Positions 35,430 through 45,397 are shown, counted from the stretch's first letter. The stretch: DNA of 45,399 nt from Silvanigrellaceae bacterium (GCA_049423385.1 JBMSQQ010000017.1:1-45399); one strand, 5' to 3'. Notes: generated by a model from the letters alone, not told the origin. A program made the numbers and translations.

Positions 35430-38400
35430 ATATTCCGCGCCTGGCGATCGACCGGCCCATTTTCATCACCATGGTGACGGTGTTTCTATTGGTGCTGGGC
35501 TTGATGGGTTTTGGCAAGCTCCCGCTCGACCTGTATCCAAGCCTCACTTATCCCGTGCTTGCGGTGCGTACCGATCTTAAAGGCGCAGCACCGGAAGAAA
35601 TGGAACAGCTCGTGTCGCGGCCGATTGAGGACGCGTTGAGCACCGTGACAGACGTATCGTCAATACGCTCGGTGAGTCGCGAGGGCATGTCGTACGTCAT
35701 CCTTGAGTTCAATCAGGGAACAGACATCAAGTTTCAGGAAATGCAGGTGCGTGCCAAGGTGGGCAATATCCGCAAGCGTTTGCCCGAGGCTGCAAGTGAA
35801 CCCATCGTCAACAGGCAGGACCCCGACGAGACTCCAATTCTTGAAATTGCTCTCACCGGAAAGCGCCCATCCTCCGAACTTTCGACCTTTGCAGATGAGA
35901 TTGTTGCGCGCCGCATTCGCCAGATTGAAGGAGTGGGCGAGGTCAATATCCGGGGAGCACACAAGGAAGAAGTTCAGGTCGAATTGGATCCTGTCGCTCT
36001 TTCCGTCTGGCGTTTGAATGCAACGGATGTTGTGCAGGGGATTGCTCGGGCCAACCGCAATGAACCTGTAGGAAAACTGGAAGGGAAGGAACGCACCTGG
36101 ATTCTCCGTTCATCCGGAGCGGCCAGAACAGTTGAGGAGTTGTTGAACACCCCCATTGGCCGGGCCGCGAGTGGACTGCCGTTGCAATTGCGCGATGTCG
36201 CGCAGGTCACAGCCGGTTATGCCGAACGCGACACGGTGAGTCGGCTTGGAACCCGGGAATCATTCCAGCCGTCGGTCGTGGTTGAGATCGTCAAACAGTC
36301 GGGTGAGAACACTGTTGCGGTTGTCGACAAGGTCAATGCTGTTTTGAAAGACTTGGCTGATTCCTTGCCAACCGATGTGACGCTGCAGGTGGTGCGCGAC
36401 AATTCGGGTTTGATCCGTTCCAATGTTGCCGATGTTCAGGAAAGCTTGATTATTGCCTGTATCCTTACCGTTATAGTTGTACTTCTTTTTATGCGCAGTC
36501 CGCGCAGCACCATCACCACCGGCTTGGCCTTGCCAAGCAGCGTGGTCACCACTTTTGCGATGATGGCCTGGGCGGGATTTTCGATGAACGTCATGACACT
36601 TTTGGCGTTGTCATTGTCGATAGGCTTGCTCGTCGATGACGCCATCGTGGTGCGTGAAAATATTTCTCGGCATTTGCAGGAGCGTGGAGGAGATCCGCGC
36701 AAAAATGCGCTCGAAGGAACCAATGAGGTGGTGCTCGCTGTGGTTGCGACCACGTTGGTTGTTGTTGCGGTGTTTTTGCCAGTTGGCTTCATGAGCGGAG
36801 TGACGGGGCAATTTTTCAAGCCGTTCGCACTGACCGTTGTATTTGCAATGCTTGTTTCGTTGTGGGATGCGGTTTCAATGGGCCCCATGTTGTCGGCCTA
36901 CTTCGCAAACATTCCGCGGCCTGTCGACGAATGGCGAAAGTTTGGTGCGTTGGGCGTGCGTGTGAACGATTCTCTGGAGCGGTTCGAACACGCGTTCGAG
37001 CGCCTTGCGCAAAGATATGCAAAAATTCTTGAGAGATTGATGCGCAGGCCTTTGATTTCAGCGGCGATTGCCTTGGTGTCGCTGTTGATTGCCGCTGGAG
37101 GATTTTATTTCGTCGAAAAGAGTTTTCTACCAACCCAACTTGGTACGACATTCACTGCACAATTGGATGGCCCTCCTTCCGTCCGGCCCGAGGTGGTTGT
37201 TCCGGTTGGTGATGAAGTTCACGAGCGGCTCAAAAATTTGGAATCGATTGATTTCTGGACCATTGGTGCCGGGGTCAACAGCGCCGGCACAGCAAACATC
37301 TCGATCAATGTTCATGTTGCCGGGAAATTCTCGCGCTCGCAGAAGATGTTGGCAAAAGTCCGGCAAGACGTGCGCAAGGCATTGAGCGGAATTCCGGGCT
37401 TTAACGTTCGAGTGAATGAACCTGCCGACCCTCTTTCCAGTGGTGGTGCGCGGTATCAGCCTGTGGCTGTTGTGGTTGCGGGTGATAATCAAGCTGAACT
37501 CATGGACCTTGCAAAAAAGGTCCGCAGGGTGTTGCAGCAAACACCGGGTATCTCAGATGCCCAGCCGTTGCAGGAAGATGGCAATCCCGAGGTTCGCTTT
37601 ATTCCGAATCCTCAACTCACGGCGCAATACGGCCTAAGCAACGATGTTCTGCTTTCACAGTTGGCTGTCTGGGTGCAAGGCGACGCGACGAATTATCTTT
37701 CCCGGGGAGATGAAAAGATTCCTATCCGCGTCCGTCTCAAGGATGCAAGATACTCAACACCGCAGCGGCTTGCGAACAATGGGATTGTTGTCAAAACAGG
37801 TTCCGCAAGTGCGGTGGTACCGATTGGAAACATGATCAAGATTGAGTCGGGAGCAGGTCCTGCGGTGATTGTTCGCGAGAATCGTCAACGCGTCATTCGT
37901 GTGGGCGGAAATCTTCAACCGGGCGCAGCTCTGGGTACGGTGATTGCTGAATTGAATACCCGCCTCAAGGAAATTCCGTTGGCTGCGAACCAATCGCTTG
38001 CGGTAAAGGGACAAAACCAGCAGATGGACGAATTGTTCAGAAATCTTGTGTTCGCACTCGCACTCGGATTGCTGTTCGTCTACATGGTATTGGCGTCGTT
38101 GTTCGAATCTTTCATGCAGCCGTTTGCGGTGATGATGGCCATACCTTTGGCTGCAACCGGAGCCGTTCTGGCTTTGCTGCTCTTCGGCTTTCCACTCGAC
38201 CTCTATGGCGGAATTGGTGTGGTTCTGTTGGCAGGAATTTGTGCGAAGAACAGTATTCTCCTCATTGATTTTGCGATGCAGAGGATTCGCGGTGGTGGCG
38301 ATCCGCAACATGCGGTGCTGCAAACTGCTCCGCTGCGTTTGCGGCCCATCTTGATGACCTCGGTGGCCATGATTGTTGGCATGTTGCCTGTGGCAACAGG

Positions 38401-38539
38401 TTGGGGCGCGGGTGGTGCAGCGCGAATGCCGCTTGGCATCGCCACCATTGGCGGTGTGGTGAGCTCAACATTGCTGACTCTTTTTGTCGTTCCGAATTTT
38501 TTTGTTTTCATCGAGAACCTTCGGCGTCGGCGCAGCTGA
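35426..38539 (+). CDS. RND efflux permease, AcrB/HAE1 family
   Basis: 1037 aa; GLLVDDAIVVRENI, KNSILLIDF, RLRPILMTS; ATGA overlap with the MFP gene. Confidence 0.95.
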   Translation: MNIPRLAIDRPIFITMVTVFLLVLGLMGFGKLPLDLYPSLTYPVLAVRTDLKGAAPEEMEQLVSRPIEDALSTVTDVSSIRSVSREGMSYVILEFNQGTDIKFQEMQVRAKVGNIRKRLPEAASEPIVNRQDPDETPILEIALTGKRPSSELSTFADEIVARRIRQIEGVGEVNIRGAHKEEVQVELDPVALSVWRLNATDVVQGIARANRNEPVGKLEGKERTWILRSSGAARTVEELLNTPIGRAASGLPLQLRDVAQVTAGYAERDTVSRLGTRESFQPSVVVEIVKQSGENTVAVVDKVNAVLKDLADSLPTDVTLQVVRDNSGLIRSNVADVQESLIIACILTVIVVLLFMRSPRSTITTGLALPSSVVTTFAMMAWAGFSMNVMTLLALSLSIGLLVDDAIVVRENISRHLQERGGDPRKNALEGTNEVVLAVVATTLVVVAVFLPVGFMSGVTGQFFKPFALTVVFAMLVSLWDAVSMGPMLSAYFANIPRPVDEWRKFGALGVRVNDSLERFEHAFERLAQRYAKILERLMRRPLISAAIALVSLLIAAGGFYFVEKSFLPTQLGTTFTAQLDGPPSVRPEVVVPVGDEVHERLKNLESIDFWTIGAGVNSAGTANISINVHVAGKFSRSQKMLAKVRQDVRKALSGIPGFNVRVNEPADPLSSGGARYQPVAVVVAGDNQAELMDLAKKVRRVLQQTPGISDAQPLQEDGNPEVRFIPNPQLTAQYGLSNDVLLSQLAVWVQGDATNYLSRGDEKIPIRVRLKDARYSTPQRLANNGIVVKTGSASAVVPIGNMIKIESGAGPAVIVRENRQRVIRVGGNLQPGAALGTVIAELNTRLKEIPLAANQSLAVKGQNQQMDELFRNLVFALALGLLFVYMVLASLFESFMQPFAVMMAIPLAATGAVLALLLFGFPLDLYGGIGVVLLAGICAKNSILLIDFAMQRIRGGGDPQHAVLQTAPLRLRPILMTSVAMIVGMLPVATGWGAGGAARMPLGIATIGGVVSSTLLTLFVVPNFFVFIENLRRRRS

Positions 38540-39054
38540 AGTGCTCTCTTGGAGATTTTGTAATTCCAGCTCGGACAGGTCCAGGTCGGGTCAAGTTTGC
38601 CGTTGGCGACGAACCGTCGGCGGAACAGGCGAGAAATAGATGCTCTGCCTCTTGCAAAGGACACATCTCAGCAAAAATCACTGCACGCATGGCAGAGATT
38701 ACGCTGCCTTCAGGCTAAATGAGGGAGCAAATTCATCCTTGTCTCTGTCCTTGAAAAGTACTTGAGTGAAGTAACCGTTCGTGAATTTAAACATGATTCA
38801 ATGAAGTTTTTTACGCACATCGCCGTGCACTTTTTCAAGTGCTGCCCCCAATTGGAAAAAGCAGGCCACATTGTGCATCTTCATGATTCTGTCTCACTGA
38901 TGACTGGCCTCCATCCGCTGACGAATCCGTCACCACCCCAGTTGCGTGGTAGTCGCATGATCCTGAGCTGAACTTCTTCAATCTGTATTTTGTCGAAGAG
39001 TTCCAGAGACTGAGGCACGCATCTGCAAGGGACTTGAGCAATGCACCCAAGGCT

Positions 39055-39735
39055 TCACATCGCGCCTTTAATCGCGTCCTCGATTCGACTTTTCAAAGCT
39101 TCATAGCTCAAATCTTCAAGCCGCTTTCCATTGACAAAAAATGTGGGAGTTCCGGAAACACCCAGTGCAATGCCATCCTGTTTGTCCCGTTCGATCTTTT
39201 GAATTACAAGTATGTTCGAAAAATCAGCTGAAAATTTTTCCATGTTCAACCCAATTTCATTTGCATATTTGAACATGAGAACTTTTTGTGGCTCTTGCTG
39301 ATGACTCCACTCTGGTTGCTTTGAAAACAGGAGTTCCTGCATCTCCCAATACTTTCCTTGTTGACCTGCAGCTTCGGTTGCAGATGCCGCTACAAGTGAA
39401 TTGGAATGAAATGGCATGTACCTCACCACGAATCTAATCTTGCCTTCAAAATCTTTCAGTATCTTTTTGACTGTCGGAAAGAACGCACGACATGACTCAC
39501 ATTCGGGATCAAGAAATTCAACCAAGGTCACAGCTGCCTTTTCGGGCCCAAGGCTCGGGCTGTCGGCCCGAACAAGGCGCTCTGCATTTTCGTGGTTTGC
39601 CGGTTCCGCAGGTTGGCCAGCGTGAGTAGTTTTTTCTGCGGCGACCTGCTGAGTTTGATAGATCTTCGCAAAGCCGAAGAAGGCCAGAGCCACAACAACC
39701 AAGCCCAGCAGAAGAAGTTTGAACTCATTTTTCAT
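39055..39735 (-). CDS. DsbA-family thiol-disulfide oxidoreductase (BdbD-like)
   Basis: N-terminal membrane anchor, EFLDPECESC, GVSGTPTFFVNG. Confidence 0.9.
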   Translation of the reverse strand: MKNEFKLLLLGLVVVALAFFGFAKIYQTQQVAAEKTTHAGQPAEPANHENAERLVRADSPSLGPEKAAVTLVEFLDPECESCRAFFPTVKKILKDFEGKIRFVVRYMPFHSNSLVAASATEAAGQQGKYWEMQELLFSKQPEWSHQQEPQKVLMFKYANEIGLNMEKFSADFSNILVIQKIERDKQDGIALGVSGTPTFFVNGKRLEDLSYEALKSRIEDAIKGAM

Positions 39736-40210
39736 TGTTTGAAACTCCTGTTTGTTTGTCGTTCCTGCACAAAAGAAGTAAACCGGCAATGAGAGAGAAA
39801 GCCACCAAAGACATTAACGGAATGGTGATAAAACCGAGCCACTCAATCTGCCTGGACGTGCACGACACTCCCGATGTGCAGGGCTTGATGCTCTCTGGAA
39901 TGATTTTGTAGTAGAGCAGATTGTGGTAGGCGGAAATAGCCAATCCGACCAGACTCAGCGGCAGCGCGTATATTCTGGCTCTCGAATCTTTGAGCACAAT
40001 CCCGACACCAAGAATAATAATCAGCGGATACATGGCTATGCGTTGATACCAACAAAGAAGACACGGAGGCAGCTTCATGACCTCACTGAAGAACAAGCTT
40101 CCGGCAGTCGCAATCAATGCAACAAACCAACCAGCCTGAAGAAGATAAGCGCTCATATCGTTCATCTTGTATTCTGCTTTGGTTCTGTCGTCTTTTGTAA
40201 TGTGCGCCAT
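39725..40210 (-). CDS. Disulfide bond formation protein DsbB/BdbC
   Basis: GSLFFSEV..PCLLCWYQRIAMYP, PCTSGVSC, WLGFITIP; start may be 40165. Confidence 0.92.
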   Translation of the reverse strand: MAHITKDDRTKAEYKMNDMSAYLLQAGWFVALIATAGSLFFSEVMKLPPCLLCWYQRIAMYPLIIILGVGIVLKDSRARIYALPLSLVGLAISAYHNLLYYKIIPESIKPCTSGVSCTSRQIEWLGFITIPLMSLVAFSLIAGLLLLCRNDKQTGVSNNEK

Positions 40211-40477
40211 GACAAAATCATTTTAAGTTAAAGCATCTTGCCTTGTTGAGGCTCAACTTTTTCATGTCCATTATCAGTGTCAAGCGTTCTTGGGCTTTTC
40301 CAGAGACTTGCAGACCCGGTCCTGCTTGACAATACGGGCGTGTAAAGAAATTGTTCAAATGGTGTTTTGGAGTTCGACATCAGCCCATGGGTCCAAATGG
40401 AGACGTTCCTGGTTGCATTTAAAATGAGCGTATTTCTGGTCATATGATGAAATCTCTTTAAAAAAGGTCGTTTTTTT

Positions 40478-41275
40478 ATGTTGACTTGGTTGAACAGGAA
40501 TAAATCCTTTTTACTGATTTTGATTGTCATGTTCCTTGGGATCGAGGCATTTGGCCATGGTATTTCTGAAGCTGACAAGGAAAGAATGCTGTCAGGTGGA
40601 AATTTCAGATACGTGGTTCTTGGAGCATCGCACATGCTCACCGGCTACGACCATCTCCTTTTCCTTTTCGGCGTGGTCTTTTTTCTCAGAACTTTTAGAG
40701 ATATCGCAAAATTCGTGAGTGTCTTTACTCTGGGTCACTGCATCACGCTTATTTTTGCGACTTTCTATAAAATCACGATGAACTACTATTTGATCGACGC
40801 CGTGATCGCCATCAGCGTTATCTACAAGGGATTCGACAACAATGGCGGATTCCAAAAACACATCGGTATCAAATCTCCGAGTCTGATTTGGATGGTGTTT
40901 GTTTTCGGACTTGTTCACGGCTTCGGATTGTCCACTCGCCTTCAGCAATTGCCTCTCGGTGATGACAACACTGGAATGCTGACTCGTATTCTATGCTTCA
41001 ATATTGGCGTTGAAATTGGCCAAATTTCCGCTTTGGCTTTGATGGTGGCGGTGCTTGAACTTTGGCGAAAAAAGGCCTCTTTTGACAAATTCAGCACCTT
41101 GGCCAATCAGGGAATTATCGCGGTGGGTATTTTTCTGTTTTTTATGCAGGCACACGGCTACTGGCACGATTCACACCCAAATGATTTTGCATTTCCCTCC
41201 GAAAACCATAAACACATCCACGAAGATATGGAATTGGAACAACTAGATAAGGAGTCAGGTCGTGAGAATCTCTAA
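40478..41275 (+). CDS. HupE/UreJ family membrane protein (putative Ni/Co transporter)
   Basis: HMLTGYDHLLFL, FTLGHCITL, FGLVHGFG, FNIGVEIGQ; His-rich tail. Confidence 0.88.
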   Translation: MLTWLNRNKSFLLILIVMFLGIEAFGHGISEADKERMLSGGNFRYVVLGASHMLTGYDHLLFLFGVVFFLRTFRDIAKFVSVFTLGHCITLIFATFYKITMNYYLIDAVIAISVIYKGFDNNGGFQKHIGIKSPSLIWMVFVFGLVHGFGLSTRLQQLPLGDDNTGMLTRILCFNIGVEIGQISALALMVAVLELWRKKASFDKFSTLANQGIIAVGIFLFFMQAHGYWHDSHPNDFAFPSENHKHIHEDMELEQLDKESGRENL

Positions 41276-41642
41276 GTTCTGCACCACTCTTGATGGTGCT
41301 GCTCTTTTGTAGCTGGTGTCAGGACACGCTGACTTTTTTTCACAACATGCCCACGCGGGTGCTGATGCAGCCTGCCATTTTCACGGCAAGAAGACTGCCG
41401 AAGAAAAAACGGTGCTCGACTGTGCGACAAAGCGAAAAGAAACTCTTATAAAAAAGGGTAAAATCGAAGGGTCGTGGAAAGAAATTCCGTATGAAAAAAT
41501 CGTTCAGGTTGATGGAAAGAAGGGCAAGGAATGGCTGGTCACCTTCAAAGATCCGGTCGCAAAGGACAAGTCGAAAGAAACGCTCTACATGTACTTTTCT
41601 CTAATTGGGAACTTTATTGCTGCGAACTTTTCCGGCAACTGA
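41262..41642 (+). pseudogene. DUF6488-like periplasmic protein with an in-frame TAG in the signal-peptide region
   Basis: AAGGAG RBS plus GTG 41262, TAG at 41310-41312, then in-frame CHFHG..EWLVTFKDP..LYMYFSLIGNFIAANFSGN. Confidence 0.6.
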
Positions 41643-41750
41643 ATCAGTGCCGTTTGAGTTTCAAATCCGCCTGCGAGTCGTTGTTTCGGATCTAAAGTTC
41701 TACTCAGTATGAAAAGAAAACTCGTCAAGAAATCGGATATCCCCCCTGAT

Positions 41751-42140
41751 TGGCGCTGAAAGTTTTGGAAATTCTCTATAAAAACACCATTCCTCCACTT
41801 CTGTTTATACCGAGCGAATCCCTGGGCACTGCTTCTCCTCATCCGAAAAAATCTCAAAACACACCCGCGTGGTTGCGTTGTCCAAGCTGACCAAAACGGT
41901 GACTGTTTGCCAATTACGCCACCTGCCCCTTGTGTACAGCACGCCAATCCTATTTCGGCTTTCAGCCCGAATGCAGGATGCTGGATATTCGCCAAATTCA
42001 ATTGAACGGGCGTTGTTACCCAAGACGCAGCCACGCCGGCTTCAATCTGTTGAGTCAATTTGTTCACAAAGCAAAAAAATACACAATCTTGTTCAAATGC
42101 CATCGCTGCTGCTCCTCTGTGGAATAAGGATGGTGATTAA
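41751..42140 (+). pseudogene. Decayed Cys-rich protein gene fragment
   Basis: One frame reads protein-like across TGA 42003 and TGA 42051 and ends at TAA 42138-42140, overlapping the next ATG (TAATG). Confidence 0.35.
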
Positions 42141-43093
42141 TGAGAGTGAAACCATGGCAAGTTGTGGCGGTCATTTGCCTCGTTGCTTGTTCCAAACGCG
42201 AGTCCCAGTCCACTGAAAATTGCAACACTCGATTTCAGATCACTGAGGTGGAAGCCTTTTCTGTTTATGGTGTGTCGGGCAATGAGCTCGTGGTGAATGA
42301 CATTGAATGCTTGCAAGACGGAGTGTGCATCGCTGTCGGTAATTACGATGCAGTCTCCAAAAGTACAGATATTGTCGGGAGCTTCCAGACTATTTCCACT
42401 TGCTTGCACTTTCATTCCGTGCGTGCTGTCGACTGTCCCTCTCCTGACTTTTGTCTGGCTTTGAGTAGTGCGAATCCATTGCCAGGTAGTCGAGTTGATG
42501 TATCTCGCGACAAAGGAACCTCTTGGGATCTTTTTTCTCATCCCAGCTTCAGCGAAAATCTCGAAGATCTTTCGTGCGGCTCACAAAATCTTGCGCGGTC
42601 CGGAACGAGAGTCGAATCGTGTGACCTTCGCGCAAATTCAGAATGGAACGTCGTTGTTAATAGTCACTCCCTTCAAACAGTTCCCGACAGGTGACATTGG
42701 TTCTGCAAGTTGGAAAAATCTTCGATACCCCGATGATGCTCATTGTTTTGTGTCTGGAATCCGAAGCAATTATCTTTATAAACAAGGGAATCCAGCCCCT
42801 GTTTTTCTCTGGAGCAATGATTCACAAACATGGAGCACCTTAAATGTGATTGATAAACCGCTGGATGGCACCGACGCCAACCAAATTGACGTCATGGATT
42901 GTCAGTCATCGCAATCACGCTGCGCTGGGCTCACCAAACGCGGTCAGATACTCGAGAGCGAAAATGGGGGCCAATGTTGGAAGGCTGTGAGTTCTTTTCA
43001 GCTTCCACTTGGTTCCAAATGGAAAGACTTGCGTTGATTTTCGGGAACTGCTTGGCTTTGACGAATCGAAATATCTTCATCCGGATGGAATAG
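42140..43093 (+). pseudogene. Frameshifted Cys-rich beta-propeller (Asp-box/BNR-like) lipoprotein
   Basis: Lipobox LVA-C; Asp-box motifs SRDKGTSW in ORF 42140..42694 and SNDSQTW, SENGGQCW in the overlapping ORF ending at 43037. Confidence 0.6.
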
Positions 43094-43140
43094 CCTGCAG
43101 TTCTTGAGTTGAATTAACGGTTGAACAGGCAGGCAAGTGA

Positions 43141-43681
43141 AGGACTCTGGAGTGGGACCAGGCCTCCGGCCAGATCGTCGAGCGTTCCATTTCAGTCACG
43201 GAGCACTCGTTAGCAGGCGCGGGTTTGGTGCTCTCCGGAGTGGGTTTGGCGCTGGGCGGTTTGGGCGGCGCAGCTTTGGCTCGCCCGATCGAAAAGATAC
43301 GGTGTAAAATCGCCTTCAGAACTGAAAGCGTTCGAAAACGTACTTGAAAAGCTGGAGGCATTGCCGCAGCACCTCGACGTGAAACGGATTCGATTTGGGA
43401 AGGAGCCAGAAAAAATTGCTGTCATTGGTCGCAGCACGGGAAATCCCGAGGCCAAAATCGTAGGTGTCAATGACATTGCAAAGCTCCCGCGCGAGCAAGG
43501 GATTAATGTAAAAATTTTCACTCCATTCTGGGCAGCAAATGAAAGCTGGATATAGCAATTTAAAGAGGAGGATTATACCTTTTTGGATGTTGGCAATCCG
43601 AATAATCTGATCAACCCCAGTGCCTTCTTCGACATGGAAATAAATTCGCTGTTTTTCAAGGTGAAAAAAAACTATGGATAA
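43141..43681 (+). pseudogene. Remnant C-terminus of a polymorphic toxin
   Basis: Gly/Ala-rich pre-toxin-like helix, +1 frameshift near 43300, TAG 43553-43555 within KIAVIGRS..ANESWI*..YTFLDVGNP..SAFFDME; its stop overlaps the next ATG. Confidence 0.55.
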
Positions 43682-44081
43682 AATTGCTGCCTTTGAAAAT
43701 CTCTTGTTTCCCCTATCCGATGGCTTCACTTCTGCAGGCATGGAATTCATTGGAGCTTCAGACCTTACAGATGAGCTGGGAAGCACGTTCCGCATTTTCA
43801 AATTTCTCAACCCTGAGAGTCAAACCAGAATGGATATCAGTGTTTCCAGACTGCAGGGCTCCGTGGTCGTTCATATTGCCTGCAGAGATTCCAGGAGTTT
43901 CACTGTAGAAAATTACTTAAAACGGAAGGGCAGACGCGATGAGTGGACGCAGCACTGTTTCAGAAAGGGTCCCGAGACGATTCTTCCCTACCTGAACCAG
44001 CTCTTGAAAGCCGACCTTTACGACATTTTGGTGGGCAAAGAATCTGTCGAAATTCCCTACGACTGGACAGAGTTCGGATAG
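43674..44081 (+). CDS. Hypothetical protein, probable immunity protein
   Basis: Intact 135-aa ORF translationally coupled to the toxin-like remnant; ends DILVGKESVEIPYDWTEFG. Confidence 0.6.
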   Translation: MDKIAAFENLLFPLSDGFTSAGMEFIGASDLTDELGSTFRIFKFLNPESQTRMDISVSRLQGSVVVHIACRDSRSFTVENYLKRKGRRDEWTQHCFRKGPETILPYLNQLLKADLYDILVGKESVEIPYDWTEFG

Positions 44082-44323
44082 ATGAGTCTTTAAACGACTC
44101 CTCAGGGTGCGCGAAAACCGACCCTTCAAAAATCCCCTTTGCACAGCTTCTCCTCACCTTTAACGATTGGTCAACCCGGCAGGGATGGACACTGCGATGA
44201 AAACAAGAGCAATCAAAATGAAAATGTTATTCCATTCCTTCTGGCAAAGACTCCGGTATGATGATGAGTGTCTTGTATTCGCAATATCTTCAACTTTTGA
44301 GTCGATTTTTGGAGAACTCGAAC

Positions 44324-45097
44324 ATGTATTGGATGAAATCTGTTGTCGCACTCGGTGCCACTGCCGTAACATCGGGAGCTGCTGCCAATGTGAAAGGCCG
44401 AGCGTTGACTTATTCTATCGATAAGATGGAATTCGAAGGATACCTTGTTGAAGGCGGCAAAAAAGGAAGTGTGTTGGTCGTGCACGACTGGATGGGAATC
44501 ACCGACAAAACCCGTGCAAAAGCCGATGCTGTAGCTGTTTTGGGTTACACCGTGTTTGCCGTGGATGTTTTCGGGAAGAGTGTGCGACCCAAAACGCCCG
44601 AAGAAGCGCGAGCCAATTCTGGCCAGTACTATAAAGATCGGAGCATGTTGCGCGAACGATTGAAAGCCGGCTTGGCTCAGCTGGTGAAGATAGCACCGAG
44701 CAAAAACATTGGAGCCATTGGATATTGTTTTGGCGGCACGAGTGTTGTTGAGCTTGCGCGAAGTGGTGCAGATCTTCGCGCGGTGGTCAGTTTTCATGGT
44801 GGTCTCGACAGTCCCGCTCCCGCCGACGGAAAAAACATCAAGGCACGTGTCCTTGCGCTGCATGGTGCAGATGATCCATTTGTCTCTGCTGCAAATTTGA
44901 CTGGATTCGAAGATGAAATGCGCGCAAACAAAATCGACTGGCAGTTGGTGAAATATGGCGGCGCTGTTCATTCTTTTACAGATCCGACTGCAGGTACTGA
45001 CAACAGCAAGGGAGCTGCCTATAACGCAGCAGTTGATCAGCGCAGTTGGCAGGCAATGAAGAATTTTCTGGAAGAAAGCTTTTCCCAACCGCGCTGA
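44324..45097 (+). CDS. Dienelactone hydrolase family protein (with signal peptide)
   Basis: VVHDWMG, GYCFGG nucleophile motif, SFHGGL, HGADDP, GAVHSFT; GGAGA RBS. Confidence 0.93.
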   Translation: MYWMKSVVALGATAVTSGAAANVKGRALTYSIDKMEFEGYLVEGGKKGSVLVVHDWMGITDKTRAKADAVAVLGYTVFAVDVFGKSVRPKTPEEARANSGQYYKDRSMLRERLKAGLAQLVKIAPSKNIGAIGYCFGGTSVVELARSGADLRAVVSFHGGLDSPAPADGKNIKARVLALHGADDPFVSAANLTGFEDEMRANKIDWQLVKYGGAVHSFTDPTAGTDNSKGAAYNAAVDQRSWQAMKNFLEESFSQPR

Positions 45098-45133
45098 CGT
45101 GCTTGTTCCGGGAGTCTTTCTTCTTTGTTTTCG

Positions 45134-45397
45134 TCAGAGCGGAAAGGCAAAAAAACAGACCAACGGAATTGCCAGCGCGAATTTGATTCTTTGGCCACTT
45201 ACGGATCCTTTCAGAATAGTGCCCGGAGACAAAGTCCCGGATGCAAACAGCGGGACTTCGAGGCAGAGGTCGGTTGCGAGAAAATTGTATTGGGTCGAGT
45301 GGTTGTAATAGGCGTCGCCAACATTCCAGCCATGTATGATTGTGTTCTTGGAACGCCTTGTCGCTCTGATTCCTGCGCCCAAGTTCCACGCCACGCG
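45134..45397 (-). CDS. Possible 3' end of a hypothetical gene running off the window
   Basis: Frame is open to the window edge; alternating aromatic/hydrophobic beta-strand-like pattern. Confidence 0.3.
   Translation of the reverse strand, partial: RVAWNLGAGIRATRRSKNTIIHGWNVGDAYYNHSTQYNFLATDLCLEVPLFASGTLSPGTILKGSVSGQRIKFALAIPLVCFFAFPL

Noticed and set aside
38699..38740. Reading frame ending ...SLKAA*, resembling a tmRNA tag
   Set aside because: No tRNA-like 5' GGGG or 3' T-arm/CCA ends and no resume-codon context are visible
40228..40641. 137-aa minus-strand ORF
   Set aside because: Overlaps the hupE 5' end on the opposite strand and the divergent promoter region; no motif
41310..43555. 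Stop-codon recoding (Sec, Pyl or alternative genetic code) as the explanation for in-frame TGA/TAG
   Set aside because: TGA and TAG end ordinary genes throughout the window, and the same region also has frameshifts, so decay is the simpler explanation
44167..44424. 85-aa ORF upstream of the dienelactone hydrolase gene
   Set aside because: Overlaps the hydrolase start in another frame and has no supporting motif
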